Assembly (NCBI GenBank): GCA_040954595.2 | Contig: CM082576.2 | Coordinates: forward strand, 11,411,129-11,475,128 | From: Balanoglossus misakiensis | Lineage: Eukaryota; Animalia; Hemichordata | Direction: 5' to 3' | DNA length: 64,000 bases | Shown: in pieces, positions 51,418 to 64,000 of the stretch | Layout of the letters: each line of letters opens with the position of its first letter | Position numbering within the stretch: position 1 is the first letter of the stretch | The notes under the pieces: model-generated | Seen by the model: only the letters and a program-made list of their open reading frames with translations | Databases searched by the model: none | Told to the model about the DNA's origin: nothing | Made by a program: the position numbers and the translations under genes

Positions 51418-53085
51418 CTAATTGTGATGAGACAGAAAGGTTCCCCGATTTCTTCTCAGTCGCCTAATGTGCCGGTCACTTTTATTTCCCTCGATATGCC
51501 TTTGTACCGGTGATTCTCGAAGTTCTTGGCGGTCACTCTTTCCCTCGCCGCCGCACTTATCTTTCTGTGGCGATTTCCGTGGACTCGAAGTTCGCGATGT
51601 CGAAGGCGCCCTCTCGTGTTGTGGTAGTTTGAAGTCGACGGTCTTTCTGGCCGGTGAACTGGTCGTCGTGGACACACTCTCCGTCCCAACAGAGCTGGTA
51701 TCCGAGTCGTCGTACATATCGAAAGCGGCCTTCGTGATAGCTCTCGCCACGCGTCTGATAGCACCTTCGCAGTGGGAGGCCGAGGTGAGAGGGCGGCCTT
51801 CTTCCCCTTGAGTCATTTCGGAGGGAGTAGAGCCGGTGTCGGATGCCGACGACTCCCCGAACAGCGGTTTCGTCTCGCCGGGCATTCGAGACATTTCGGC
51901 CATTAAATATTCGTTGCCTTTTCTTTTCTTGTGGACGTGTTTCGGACTCGACTGAGTCAATATGCTTGAGGACGACACTGAGTTCCGCTGGTTTTCCGGG
52001 GGCATGTACTTCCCACCTCCGTACCGTTTGTTCGGCTTGTTGGCCGCGTTGGTGACGGCCGTTGTGGCCATCATGGAGTCCCTGTTATACACACTCCTCG
52101 ACGCCTGCTGCTTTCGCATGCAGCAGCATATGGCTCTCTTGAACGCCTGGCGATAGTTCTTCGACAGAAACACGTATATTATAGGGTTGATGCAGGAATT
52201 GGCGTACGACATGCAGTTGGCGGTGTAATAGATGGACGAGAGCGTCGGGTTGCCGTAGTCGTACGTCGCGAACGTGGTCAGTATCAAAATGATCTGGATG
52301 GGCAGCCAGCAGATGGCGAACACAATGACCACCGCCACCACCATGACGGTGACCTTCCGCTTCCGGCGGGCGGACTCCTCGGAGATGTTGGCCGACGGCG
52401 CCGAATTGATCCACAGATTCCGCAGCATGAAAAAGTACGTCAGGCTGATCACCGTCAACGGGAACGCGTACGAGGTGACGAAAAAGAGACCGATGAACCA
52501 CTTGGTCGACTCGGCGCTCAGGCTGCTGGTGCAGAGGGCGTGGTCCTCGTACTGGTGGGTCACAGCGACGATGAGCATCGGCGAGAGGCCGGACAGGATG
52601 ATCACCCACAGCACGGAGACACAGATGATGGCGTAGCGGGTGCGGCGAAATTTCATGGTGCGTATGGGGTACACAATGGCCAGGAAGCGGTCGAAGGACA
52701 TCACGGTGAGCGTGTAGACGCTGGCGTACACGTTGACGAAGGTGAAATAGGTCATGATCTTGCACATGGCCTGACCGAATATCCAGTTGCCCAGTATGTG
52801 GTTGATGGCGGTGAACGGAACACAGATAATGATGAACGAGAGGTCGGCGATGCTGAGGCTGAACACGAACACGTTCGTCGTGTTCCGCATCTTCTTCTCC
52901 TTGAGAACCACCAAGATGACCATGGAATTGCCGACGAATCCGATAATGGTGAGCAGCCCGTAGAAAACGGTGATGGCCGCCACTTCCAAATCGGACGTCA
53001 CGTAGTCGTCGGTGTTTGTCGCGTTGGTGTCGTTCGTCGCGTTCCCCATCACGGAGAGCTCCGTCTCCGGGTCGCTGGTCGTCAT
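51418..53085 (-). CDS. Class A neuropeptide GPCR, allatostatin-A/galanin receptor-like, 555 aa, intronless CDS
   Basis: Seven hydrophobic helices; GN (TM1), MRNTTN..SLSIADL..CVPFTA (TM2), WIFG..MCK, YASVYTL..MSFDRFLA (TM3), FAICWLPIQ (TM6), NSCINPIIY (TM7), CCC palmitoylation site; three N-terminal sequons (NAT, NDT, NAT). TM3/TM6 wording resembles recalled AstA receptors. Confidence 0.9.
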   Translation of the reverse strand: MTTSDPETELSVMGNATNDTNATNTDDYVTSDLEVAAITVFYGLLTIIGFVGNSMVILVVLKEKKMRNTTNVFVFSLSIADLSFIIICVPFTAINHILGNWIFGQAMCKIMTYFTFVNVYASVYTLTVMSFDRFLAIVYPIRTMKFRRTRYAIICVSVLWVIILSGLSPMLIVAVTHQYEDHALCTSSLSAESTKWFIGLFFVTSYAFPLTVISLTYFFMLRNLWINSAPSANISEESARRKRKVTVMVVAVVIVFAICWLPIQIILILTTFATYDYGNPTLSSIYYTANCMSYANSCINPIIYVFLSKNYRQAFKRAICCCMRKQQASRSVYNRDSMMATTAVTNAANKPNKRYGGGKYMPPENQRNSVSSSSILTQSSPKHVHKKRKGNEYLMAEMSRMPGETKPLFGESSASDTGSTPSEMTQGEEGRPLTSASHCEGAIRRVARAITKAAFDMYDDSDTSSVGTESVSTTTSSPARKTVDFKLPQHERAPSTSRTSSPRKSPQKDKCGGEGKSDRQELRESPVQRHIEGNKSDRHIRRLRRNRGTFLSHHN

Positions 53086-53206
53086 GGTTTCCCCTGGCGC
53101 TTCTTCCGCGCGCGCCGACTGATTTAAAGCATTAGACGTCTTGTCTACATGAAAAAACGGCGGTTTTGGGACGTCGCTAGTCTGTCTGAGTCAGCATAGC
53201 AGAAAC
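53086..53206 (-). promoter_or_regulatory. GPCR 5' leader with splice acceptor and three uORFs
   Basis: Strong acceptor TCTTTTCTCCTCTCCTTGTATTTTGTTCTGCAG| before 53206; uORFs at 53197-53177 (MLTQTD*), 53150-53145 (M*), 53132-53124 (ML*). Confidence 0.65.
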
Positions 53207-55228
53207 CTGCAGAACAAAATACAAGGAGAGGAGAAAAGACGCACGTTATTTGTAAAGTACATTTTAAAATAAACCACTCGCTTACTTTCGGCAGGAAAGA
53301 ATCACTTATCTGAGTTCCGTACATTTCCGATCTTGATTGATGGGTGGACACGGTTCTGACAACACTTCATCGTCAATGTGGCGAAAAATTGTGCAATTGA
53401 CAATAACCGCTGCGGCTCAGCTAAGTGTCCCCAGTAACAAAGGGGGAAAAAACGTACTGATATTCTGATGAGAGCTTCTCTTTCAACTCCTCAGCCAGTC
53501 ACGGCACTACCGGAGAAGTGGATGTGTGGGAAGATGTTGAAGCCGGCTGACGATGGATTGTCCAATAACGGCTGACAGAGCCATTACACGCGGCAAGTCA
53601 CAGTTGGAAGGACTGGGGGAAAACAGATACGTGTAACTAATGAACGGATTCCGAAGGAAAGGGAGCGTTTTCATAATTGATGGCATCCTTTGCCTGATAC
53701 AAGATAGACCCCAACCGTCGCCCGGAATATATTCAGCGGTCATCGAATGATATTAACGCGCATGTCATGTAACTGCACGCACCGGCGTAGTAGCTATATA
53801 TATAGCCCCGGGAATAAAAACGTTTCGGCGCTCTCAGCGACTATGAAATATGTGTGTGTCGTTGCTGACGGAACGTGCTGGACTGCTGCTTTCATTTATA
53901 TTCTTGACAACTTGAAACGCTGCTCGCGTTGAGAGATTTCCAAAATCCATCGCCGTGGTTCGTTCGCGATCCCTGTTGCGTACGACGAACCTTGAAGGAG
54001 AGTCCCTAGTGACGTTTAACCGATCGTGTTCGTTTTTGCCGCCAACAAATCACACCAATATATCTATCTCTACAAAATTTATCGCTAGTTGTATATCCTT
54101 TTTCCTCGTGAATCTTTCTACGAAATGCATGGCTGTGCCAATTAACGCGTGATATAATTTTTTAGCGGGATGTGGAAAATACGTGGTCTGTTGTTCAATT
54201 CTCGCTACTTGTAATAGGTTTTTGCTGCCTAGGTGAGTGATGAAAATCTCATATGGCCGACACAATTTCAAGATGGCCGATTTTTGCCACGTTTAAGAAA
54301 TGGACGTTCATAACCTAAAGTGATACTGGGTCATCCTGAAACTTTGCAACAACAAAATAACACAATGTGAAAAAGTTGCATGAGTTTAATATGTTAAATA
54401 CAAAGACAGAAATGTTTGATCAAATGAAGTCTTGAAATACAATCAACACATCATTCATTCTAGGTCTTACTACAGTGAGTTGTCTATTCGTCCGTCCGTC
54501 CGTCCGTCGAAAAAATATACATGTACCCTGACGGCAGTGTACAAGCGGTGGCAATCGCTGAAGCTAATATTATCTCGACTTGCGCAGTGAATAAACATAC
54601 ATGTAATGTACATGCGGGTGCTGACAGATCACCATATCCAAAGAGAATTATTTATTAACGGAAACGTTATTACAACTTACACAGATAAGGGCTGGTGAAC
54701 TCGCGTTCAGCAAACCAATACATGTATGCCTGTAGCACTTGTACGAAACGTTCCTTGGAGAATAGAACAATTTAAAAAGACAAGAAACTTTTCTGAAAAA
54801 CCAAGTGATCCCAACAAAGGATAGCTCGATTTCGTCTGTAGAAAAATTTCAATTACCGTTTTGCGATGTACCCGGAGCGCACAATGTCACAAAAAGTACT
54901 ATTTTCATAACCGCTGAAAGACCAATTGTGCATTTTAATTGAAATAGCGACGAGTGGTCGAATTTCTCTGTGCGCACACATATATTGTTTTATTGTATTA
55001 TGCCACGTATACTAAAATATTTAGAACTTAATATTTTGGATCCTGTGGCCGGCGTTGGACTCTAAGTCGATCAGAAGGAAGATTCAGTTCGACAAGGAAG
55101 TCCAGTCACAAAGCCCCTGTTGTAAAATATTGGCAGGCGATTCTCTGAGTGTCTAGGTTCTTTGACTAATTATTCCCGATTTGTTTTCATCATGGAGTAC
55201 ATCCTCAGCTGCCACAACAATCGACCCT

Positions 55229-55292
55229 GTCTCTCTGTCTCTGTCTGTCTCTCTCTCTGTCTCTCTCTGTTTCTCTCTCTCTGCCTGCCTGC
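55229..55292. repeat. (CT)n/(CTGT)n/(CCTG)n low-complexity tract
   Basis: Visible directly in the sequence. Confidence 0.85.
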
Positions 55293-58200
55293 ATGCTTGC
55301 CTATCTGCCACACAAATTGAATGTAACCCAATGTCTACTACGCTGTATACGTAAAGACTGAATAGCTATCGCTGGGCGATTTCAGCGGATAGTAAAATGT
55401 AAGCTTATTAAATTTCAAGAATTGGTCTGAATGTTTCAAAACACGAAACAAGAATCGAAGCAATGTCATATGTTGACGGTAAAAGCTTTGTCATCGTGAA
55501 AATGAACCAGAGATACAAACACTCAGCAAGGAATGTAAGCGACGTCTATTCGATTCCACCGTGTATTATCAGGTTTGACCACTTTTTGAGTGATTACACC
55601 GAAATATAAAGCTCTGCATCGACGGCGCGCCCAATTCCTTTCGAATAACAAGCAAAACGCTCACCTACAGATGAATCTAATACGAGGTTACCGTCAAATC
55701 CCTAAGAGTTCGTTATCTGTTCGTCAAATCTCTGTGTTTATATAGTAGTTTGCGAATTGAAGTAAGAAATCTACGCTCCCTAATGTATTTCAATTGCATT
55801 TTTCTTCTTCACAATCAATCAACGGGACTTGCTGGCGTCCAAAACTGATTAAGACACTTTCTTTTCGCAGTTTTCATCAATTACCATTTGCTGAAATATT
55901 TTCGGCAAATCCGTTAAACGAGACCACATTGGAATCTCGTTGCACTGCAATACCGCGGCACTGCCGTAGTGCCTGCGTTAGCGACGGCATTTTCTTTTTC
56001 TGAATTGTTGGAAAATGAAACTAATTTTTGTTTTCGGACATTATGCATGCTAATTCGCCGCGATATGAAGAACGTGGCAGAAATAACCATAATTGTGCAG
56101 CGTTGATATAATATTGTTGTTTGGAACACGCTTTCGGTTGTCAAATCGGATTTCACACACATGTATTCCAACGTAAACATTATCTTTGCGAACCGATGTG
56201 ATAGCCCAGTTCTACATTTGACGAACAGCAATCCCGGGAGACTGTAGCGACTAACGACTTCACATGCAGACGCTGGATTAAAACGAGTTTGATATTTCAT
56301 CTTTAAACGTTTCAGATTTAGTATAGGTGAACACTGCATGTAGTTTCTGTCTGCCGTCTACCTTGTACAGTGACTCACCGAACATCTTGTTTCCCACTGT
56401 AACCTTGTGGGGTCATCACCCTATCAGTTACCTGCCCTACTCCGCCTTGTCAGCATAAAGACGGCATTAGGAAATTCGCCAGTAAGAGCAAACAATTTGC
56501 ATGTTAAAGGGGTTTGTGAACTAGGCAAGATTGGAATATCTGGAGAATTACTTGCACCTTAAACTAGTACATAGATGCAGACTACCATAATTTATAATGG
56601 TTCAACGTGCTCCACTTATTTATTCCAGCGTTGGAGACACTTAAACTCCGAACCAGATGCATCACTCACAAAATTCAGTAAAGTTGACACGTTTTTGGTC
56701 TATGAGATACTTAAAACACTTTTTTGTGACGTTAAAAGTAAATTTCCTCATACGAGTTTCTGGCAATAATCAGCGCCACGAAGTTATTGCTAACAGCTTT
56801 GAGGGAGATTTGACGGTTTCGACCAAAATTGAAATGACTCTAAGGTCCAACGAGTTTCATGACGTGGACGACGTGGGATGCGTTGCGACAGCGTTTACCG
56901 ACAGCCGTAGTCTCTCTGTACGCGCTAATGAAAATAACATGGTCTAGGAGCCTATAGCCTATCCGGTAAGGAGAGTGTCGATTTGTTATTTCGCCGGCGA
57001 AAACACCAACGATTGAGCTAATCGTTCAGACGCGTTTCTTGCACGAATCAGACTCAGTATGCTGAGGTCTGCCTATTCATTACGTTGCGGTTCTCCGAGC
57101 TGCACGAGCGGGCGGGAACTCCAACAAGCCTCCGTGTCTCTCTGCGTTTTTTTTACGCTTCAGCCTGACGGTCTTATTTTAAAAATTCATTTAAACATCG
57201 AGTGATTGTTCTCGTTGACTGCCGATTGATTGTTCGTCATCGATTTAAAACTGCATGAGACTGATTAAAATTGCCCCGAGACAGGAAAGGAAGATTTTAA
57301 TTTTTAACAGGCCTTTACTCTTGGACAGGATGCAAGCCTCCGTTTCGAGCATTTGTTACTCTGGCGATGACGGCAGTTTAAGTTTTTTTCTTCGATTTTT
57401 TTTGTTAAGGAATACCTGGAAGGCACACGGGGACTATTAGTGAAGTGTACTTACTAATAAATGAGCACTCGCCATTGTTGAACTACAATAATAGGAGGAT
57501 GCAAGAATGTTTGCAATACGAGTCATCGTTTGATACTAAGCGTACACGTTCTAAAAACCCCACCATGCTGTTTTGCGAGGCTATTTACCCCCCCCCCCCC
57601 CCCTCTACCAACGTTACAAAAAGTGCAAACAACTGTCGTGGGCGAGTAGGTATACCGTACATTTTAAATGCACACATTTCAAAGTGCAGGTTGCTTTTCA
57701 CACAGCGTGAATCCGGAAGTCATAAACCCTGGGATGGTCGCGCGCGCGACTGATATTAAACTTGGCACCTGTGTCGAATGTACCCGCTGGGTGTGATATC
57801 AATTGAACATATACACACGCCGGGAAAGCGCAACTGATCATTGAGAGTCAATTAGAGCATATGCAATATCCAAACAATTGGGGCAGATGACATGTCCTTG
57901 ACAGCTGAGCTCGTCAGTTCAAGTTTGCTTGGTCTTTTTATGAGTGTGTAAAAATATCATGAGCAACTGTAATTGAAAACAGGGACGTCAAAGGTACGGT
58001 CAGTTTCGCATTTATCAAATATTGATGCCAGATTATACGCTTCATAAAACGATTTATATGAAAAGTATGAACGTGTGTGTTAAAGTTGAAGGATGGACTA
58101 TCTATCCGCACTGTTCTTCCATTTCTGACGCCCATGGCCATATGATGATGATTCCCCGGATTCGTGAGAATACTGTCGCAAATGTGTATTTATTTCCGAC

Positions 58201-61200
58201 CTGAGCACATAGTCAAAGAAGATTTGCGCTATAGTTATTATCAAGAAAAAACATATTTCTCTGTGACATTTATCAAATTGTTTGAAAAATAACACTACTC
58301 CACAATGGCAGCGAAGTTGCGCTTCGTGCTAATACAGTATTCCTCTAGGGCAAACAGTATATCGTATGCCGGTAGACTAAGTGCACTGGGGGTGAATGCT
58401 TGTTGTTTATCTAATAAAAAGTTATAATTAATGCGCCGTGTTAAATACACTAATTATATATTGTAAGGATGTGAAACTGATACAACTTGAAAACATTGAA
58501 AAAGATATTTATAAAAACTACACTGCATCATAGTCGTTTTAAATATTTAATAAAATAAGAAACTTGCAGAAAATAATAATATGTTCAGGAGAGAGAAATG
58601 TTATGAACTCATCAAATTCTCCATTTTAAAAATAGATTCTGCCCTTGTATGCCCTATGCATGATCGGTTACAACGGAGACACCAGTGAATGCCTGGTCGG
58701 CAGTGATAATTACCTTCTGACTTGTGGCTGTCATCAGTGCCCCACTTAGCAACCGTTAATGCAATGTGAAAGGTCGCGTCATCTTGACAATTTTTCCATA
58801 GACTCGCGCTGATCATCCGTTGTCAAATATCACTGTATTTTTTTTTATAAATGTCAATGCGATCGAGGACTTTAACCTCGTATTTAGTAGAAACACTGAA
58901 CTGTTATGACTACTGCCAGTTTCGAGGACGAACCTTCGAGAGCTCTAAAATTTCCGTGCGCGAGGTTACTGCACTCGTATACAGGTATTGTACACGTGAT
59001 GTGGTGACTAATTCAAACTTGAGTGCAAGTCCCCACCCCTATGACTGCTTCAGCACATGCCCTTGCTTCTTGCTACAGCCGACACCCTTTCGGTGGCACG
59101 GTTTTGACAAATGCCTCCAAATTAGCGTTGCACGACAAAATGCTTCTACATCTGATCACTTTTACCGCGAAGCTAACAAAACACGCAACATTTAATGTGC
59201 TTGAGAGGAGGGTTCGTGTTTCTAATGTAAAATAATAATTGCATTTTGATAAAACGAAAGACTAGGTTTCAAGTCTCCTAAATGTATGGTGCATAATTAC
59301 ATGTCAATGATAGAAACGTTGGAGTAACCGCTTTGGGACAGAGCGAATTTTATTGCAATTTAAGTGAACACATATAGCGAATGCCACGGCGCCGAAGAAA
59401 CATTAAATGCTCCAGTAAGTGACATCATAACGTATGTTGAATGCCTCACCCTCGGCTTTTGATCTGGATTCAACCCGGAAAACGCACACGCAATAGAATA
59501 AAGGAGTTCCGCGGGTAACTGTGATAGTGACTGGGACGCTGCCGGACATACTGGGAACTGCTAACTACATATATTTGGAGTGTTTTGAACGCCAGCGGAG
59601 CGCTTTTCACATGTCCGACTTATCGAGTGATACTTTAACACAATTAAAATTTGTGATACGAGAAAGCTAATGTGAAAATTTAGAGTCAATCGAGTGTGGT
59701 TAGTTCGACCTCGTCACACAGCCACGCTCAAAATATCACTGCGCAGAATGGTCGCCCTCCCCGTAGCTTGTTCGTGGCTCTTCATCGAATCCATCAAAAT
59801 GTTTTCGTTTCTTTCAGTGGCCGCTGCGCCGTAGGCTGCCGACACCGATCGCCGTACACATTTTGTTCGGCTACTTCATTAAAAAGATATAAACGCTTTT
59901 CAGCGTACACAAGCTCACGACAGCTAACCTGAACGTGTCAAAACACAGGACTTTTTTCTCTCTCCATGTCGCTGCAAGATGCATATCATGTCTACCGTTT
60001 GCCCGCAAAGTATTTTCTTGCATTCTTGTTGTTTTGAAACCGACTGCGCGAATGCCTCTTGCGGGAGAGTTTACTTGTCGAACAATTTACCAGTACTTCA
60101 AGAAATAAAAAGTAAAACTGGCACACCGGAAGAGGCCTATTACTATCAACGCAGCTGTCACTGTGGCCTTACGCGCCATGGGGAGTGTGCAAACCACGTG
60201 TGGCGGCGTCTTTCAAGTCTGTCTCGTCTCAATCGAACGATATTCACATTAAATAATCATTACTATGGTGTACATTGTAACTTATCTGTGTACGTACTTT
60301 ATTGGTGATAAAACAGATCCCTCACCAGTAAATGATTCCAAATAATAAGGACCCAAATCTCACAGTTGTAGTAGAACTGGTGAATCATGAATGAATGGGT
60401 TTGACTCGTGCGATTCTATTACCCCTCACAAAAAAGTATTCTCTGATTGGGCAACATAGTAATCTATATACTGGGGGATTTTGAGCCACCAAGGAACATT
60501 TTGAAACATTTTGTTGTCAAGGTTGACATGACCGACAATTTACAAACCACAAGGATACTGCAACATTCCTGGCTGAATTTAAACAAGCAGACATCAACTG
60601 GAAATATTGGCGGAAAATAAATTTTTGAAAGACCCTTAAGCGAACATGTACATGTACAGTGATAAGCATGACCAGTAGACATTCGTTTCTGACTTTTTCA
60701 AAAATGTATATTATATATAACTGAAATTTCTGTGAAAACCCCCTCAAGTTAGGAGCTCACTGGGGTAGATCGTTGGGCGTTTTTATTCCAAGCGTCCCCC
60801 CGTTCGAGGTCAGGCAAAACGAGACTATGTCTTCCCAGAGCGACTATTTGAAGTTGGCTACGTGAAGATAAATCAATATTGAAACAGACCCGTCGATTTG
60901 CAACCGACAAATGTATGCGATTACAGAGTCTATATGTCACCGAAATGTTATCGGCTATAGAAGGCGTTTCAAGTAACCGGATACCGACTTGTTTTCGGCA
61001 CTTAACATTTGAAAGATTGACAATTTATATACTGCTGCCAGGGGTATATAGAACTCGTGATCGAGTGCGACATCGGCAGTGCTGTGTTCCCTGAGACGGC
61101 TGTACTTTGCACTGGCATATCGCCGTGCTGGTCTGAAATATCGGGATGATACCAAACGACAACCCTGGGATGTAACGACTTTAAAAACGTTAAACACCGC

Positions 61201-64000
61201 ATAAAAGGATTTGCGGGAAACTGGGAACACTTTACTCGATCAAACACCACGCTCCCCAGCCAAATGGTGACGAAGACGTACTTACACAATGTCGCAAATC
61301 TCGCATAGCATGGGATAATCAGCCGTAGGGTATTCTGGTCATGTTTTCGTGCCTTAATCCCCTTTAGTACTTTTCAGAGGTCGGAAAGATATTTTCATTT
61401 TACTTACTTGACAATTATCCTGCCAACGAGCTGTTACAGTGATCAATCTTTTAGCTTGTTATGTTACCCTATTTTACGAGTGCGTATCGATATTTGATGT
61501 ACATTACTCGGGATATATATGATTATCATATCATTATTATATCATTATTATATCATATCATATATCATGCCCAAATTCTTTTTAATAAGCTCGCAGTGTT
61601 TAAATTTGAACTACATGCAAACTTTACGAGAGCAACCCGCTTGATTCCCAAAACAACAGCTCTATATATTGTTCTACCGTTGTCTAGGTGCCCTGTACAA
61701 TACGAAGTTACTATAAACATTCCTATCCAAAGACGGGGGAAAGTGGGATAGGTTTTGGTATTAGACCGGCCCTTGGTGTATAGCACATATGAAAAAGTTT
61801 AAACACAATAATACCGACACAAATTATGTTCAATGTGCTTTCGGCCAACAGATCAGTCACATCCCGAGTTAGATGTTGACAAGTTCTTCATGCGGCTAAT
61901 TGTGAGCCTAGGACTATTCACACAACGGATCGTGTTCAACAGCCACAGTTGTCGAATTGGGGATTTCAACATCTCTGAAAACACTTGTATGTATAATTGA
62001 TTATTTGGGGAGGGGGGGGGGTTGCCGGTATAATTAATTTTATCTATGCTTTTACTTGTGTAATCGTGCATAGTGATCTTCAGGGTGTTGTCATGATGCT
62101 GTATATCGTGCAACGCGATCCATTCTGATTGTAAATAGGCACAGAAATTAATCCAAGTAGATTTGAAATGTTGAAGGTGGAGAGGAGAGCCCATCCATCA
62201 ACCTAACTGAAATGCAGGAACGACGTTTGCAAAGTGCTAATGTCGGTTCTCGGTGTCTCGGCTGCGGCTGGTAACGTCAACAAGTCCAAGTCCAAAGGCA
62301 AGGAAAGGACACGCACAAGATGATAGTGTATTCTCCAGGTATCGTGAAACTTTGAGGAGAATTTATTTAATGACTTGGAAGATCCGATTGAACTGATAAC
62401 AAAACAGGGGAATTCTCTCCCAGAATCCCAAGTTTTCTGTTCGCATCCCGTTAAATACAAGTCAAATGTCGCTGTTACCACGCACCTCACTATCACTGGC
62501 GCCACAAATTGTTTGCCAATGATTGAACCCGTGTCGGTAAGTATACTGAGTAGGGCATCCCACTAACGCACTCTAAAACAAATAATCCCATTAGCTACAG
62601 TTCAACGATAATTAGATGTTCATTAATGTGTCCATCAGCTCTTAGTCTTCTGTCGTGTCTTCGACCTTTAGCAGTAAGCTCACAGACTTGATTATTGCGT
62701 TCGAACTATTTACCTGATTTGTCCGAAAACTCGTTACAAAGCATTTTACGACTCAAACACCTATCTTAAGGTTATGTTGGTTTTGCTTGCGTTCTGTTCG
62801 TGAATACTCAGGATCAATATGTTCTCAGGACAAACGTGCGCGGCTTTCTTGTGTTCATGGGGTATAAATCAAATGGATGTCTAATTTCTGCCCAAGGCTG
62901 CTCGAATCACGCACAAAGACTGTCATTGTAACTAATTTAAAGGATGGCGGGGGTGGAAAGGCACCTTGACTGACTAGAGATGTCACATATAGCTCATCTT
63001 TAACTACACACTGCTATAAATTCGGGGTCCATTCTATTCAACAGGAAGAATAAACCAGTTACGGCCAAAAAAGAGAAAATTATAGTCGCGACTCGACTAT
63101 AGGAAGGCAAGGCGCTCTCTCCCAAAAAGAATTGCGATTTGAGTCAGCACTTATATGATTATGCTCAGCCGACTCTATGAGATATATAGCACTGACTACA
63201 CGTCAGTGCGCCATATAAAAGTGGTCTCTGTTCCCGCCATTTTTGACATGCCACTGAGCTACTCACTGTCGTCTGCCAGGTTGAAAAATTCTGATGTATT
63301 TGTCTAAACGTCGAGATGTTTTTTAAGAAGTAACGGAGCTCCGTGGTTTGAATTGATTTAGCGGATTACGAATAATAACAAGTAATGAAACCAGCAGTGT
63401 CGTGTAAAATAATCTCCATTATAGGGTTCTAGCTTACGTCTCTGAAAACAGGCACGACCCATATCGCTAAAGTGTTACATTTATGACTAATCCAAGTCTG
63501 TTCCATTTTCAACACATCTTCTGCTCCGTGATGAATTTCAGAAGAGATTTTCAATCTTACAAAAGCTCTGCTCACCCTTGGCGCCCTCAGATGTCAGATG
63601 TCGTCTGCACGAGTCAGTTGCGCCAAACACTCGGAACGATGTGGAAACAGAAAACCGTGGCGCGGATTAACCTCCCGTCTCGGTAATGGGTTCTTGCATG
63701 ATCTGCTGGGTTTTTATTATTGCATGAACAGTTTGCATCATTTCGACTGCTGATCGAATTAATAATAGGATTGTGTGGGTCGATTTGAACGCTTTGAATG
63801 CAACGGCGATCTGGTGAAGTAGTTCTAGCTGTGAGTCAGCTCGCTATATTTAGATTTGCGCTATGTTCTCTAGAAGAAACCACTGCTGCGAAGTGAAGTG
63901 GAGTGAAGAAAGCGTATCCCATATATTGGAATCGCAGTCACTTAGAACTGTCTGACTTGTGCAGATTTGCGTCGAAACGAGTTCTAGTCAAATGAGTACG

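Noticed and set aside
52085-53127. Long overlapping ORFs (52085..52765 -, 52274..52636 +, 52540..53127 +)
   Set aside because: Shadow frames of the GC3-rich GPCR coding sequence; no independent protein features.
62339-62566. Exon-like segment with a GTAAGT donor at 62537
   Set aside because: The long open frame has a stop right after the candidate acceptor; no homology recognised.
1-64000. CRISPR arrays, tRNA/rRNA genes, autonomous transposase or reverse transcriptase ORFs
   Set aside because: No repeat-spacer arrays, cloverleaf motifs, rRNA signatures or DDE/RT motifs seen by eye; degraded copies or small ncRNAs could have been missed.

Overview
Eukaryotic (metazoan, probably invertebrate deuterostome-like) genomic DNA with spliced GT-AG genes; the supplied ORF track mostly shows exon fragments or noise. 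I reconstructed exons by hand. Left half (1-30 kb, CpG-poor in gene bodies) is a compact housekeeping cluster: SYNJ2BP/OMP25 (+, 4 exons), C19orf47 homolog (-, 7 exons), a divergent profilin-fold gene (+, 4 exons, head-to-head with C19orf47, start codons 163 bp apart), ITPK1 (-, 10 exons including a 25-nt micro-exon) and LYSET/TMEM251 (+, head-to-head with ITPK1, as I recall for vertebrates). Right half (30-64 kb, CpG-rich) holds two tandem, apparently paralogous, unrecognised small coiled-coil/basic/single-TM genes (-), several orphan exon-like segments, and an intronless allatostatin-A/galanin-type GPCR (-) with a very long C-tail and three uORFs. Several non-autonomous DNA transposons (MITEs) with TIRs/TSDs and microsatellites are present. 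No rRNA, tRNA or CRISPR seen. Gene names rest on recalled homolog sequences, not on database searches.
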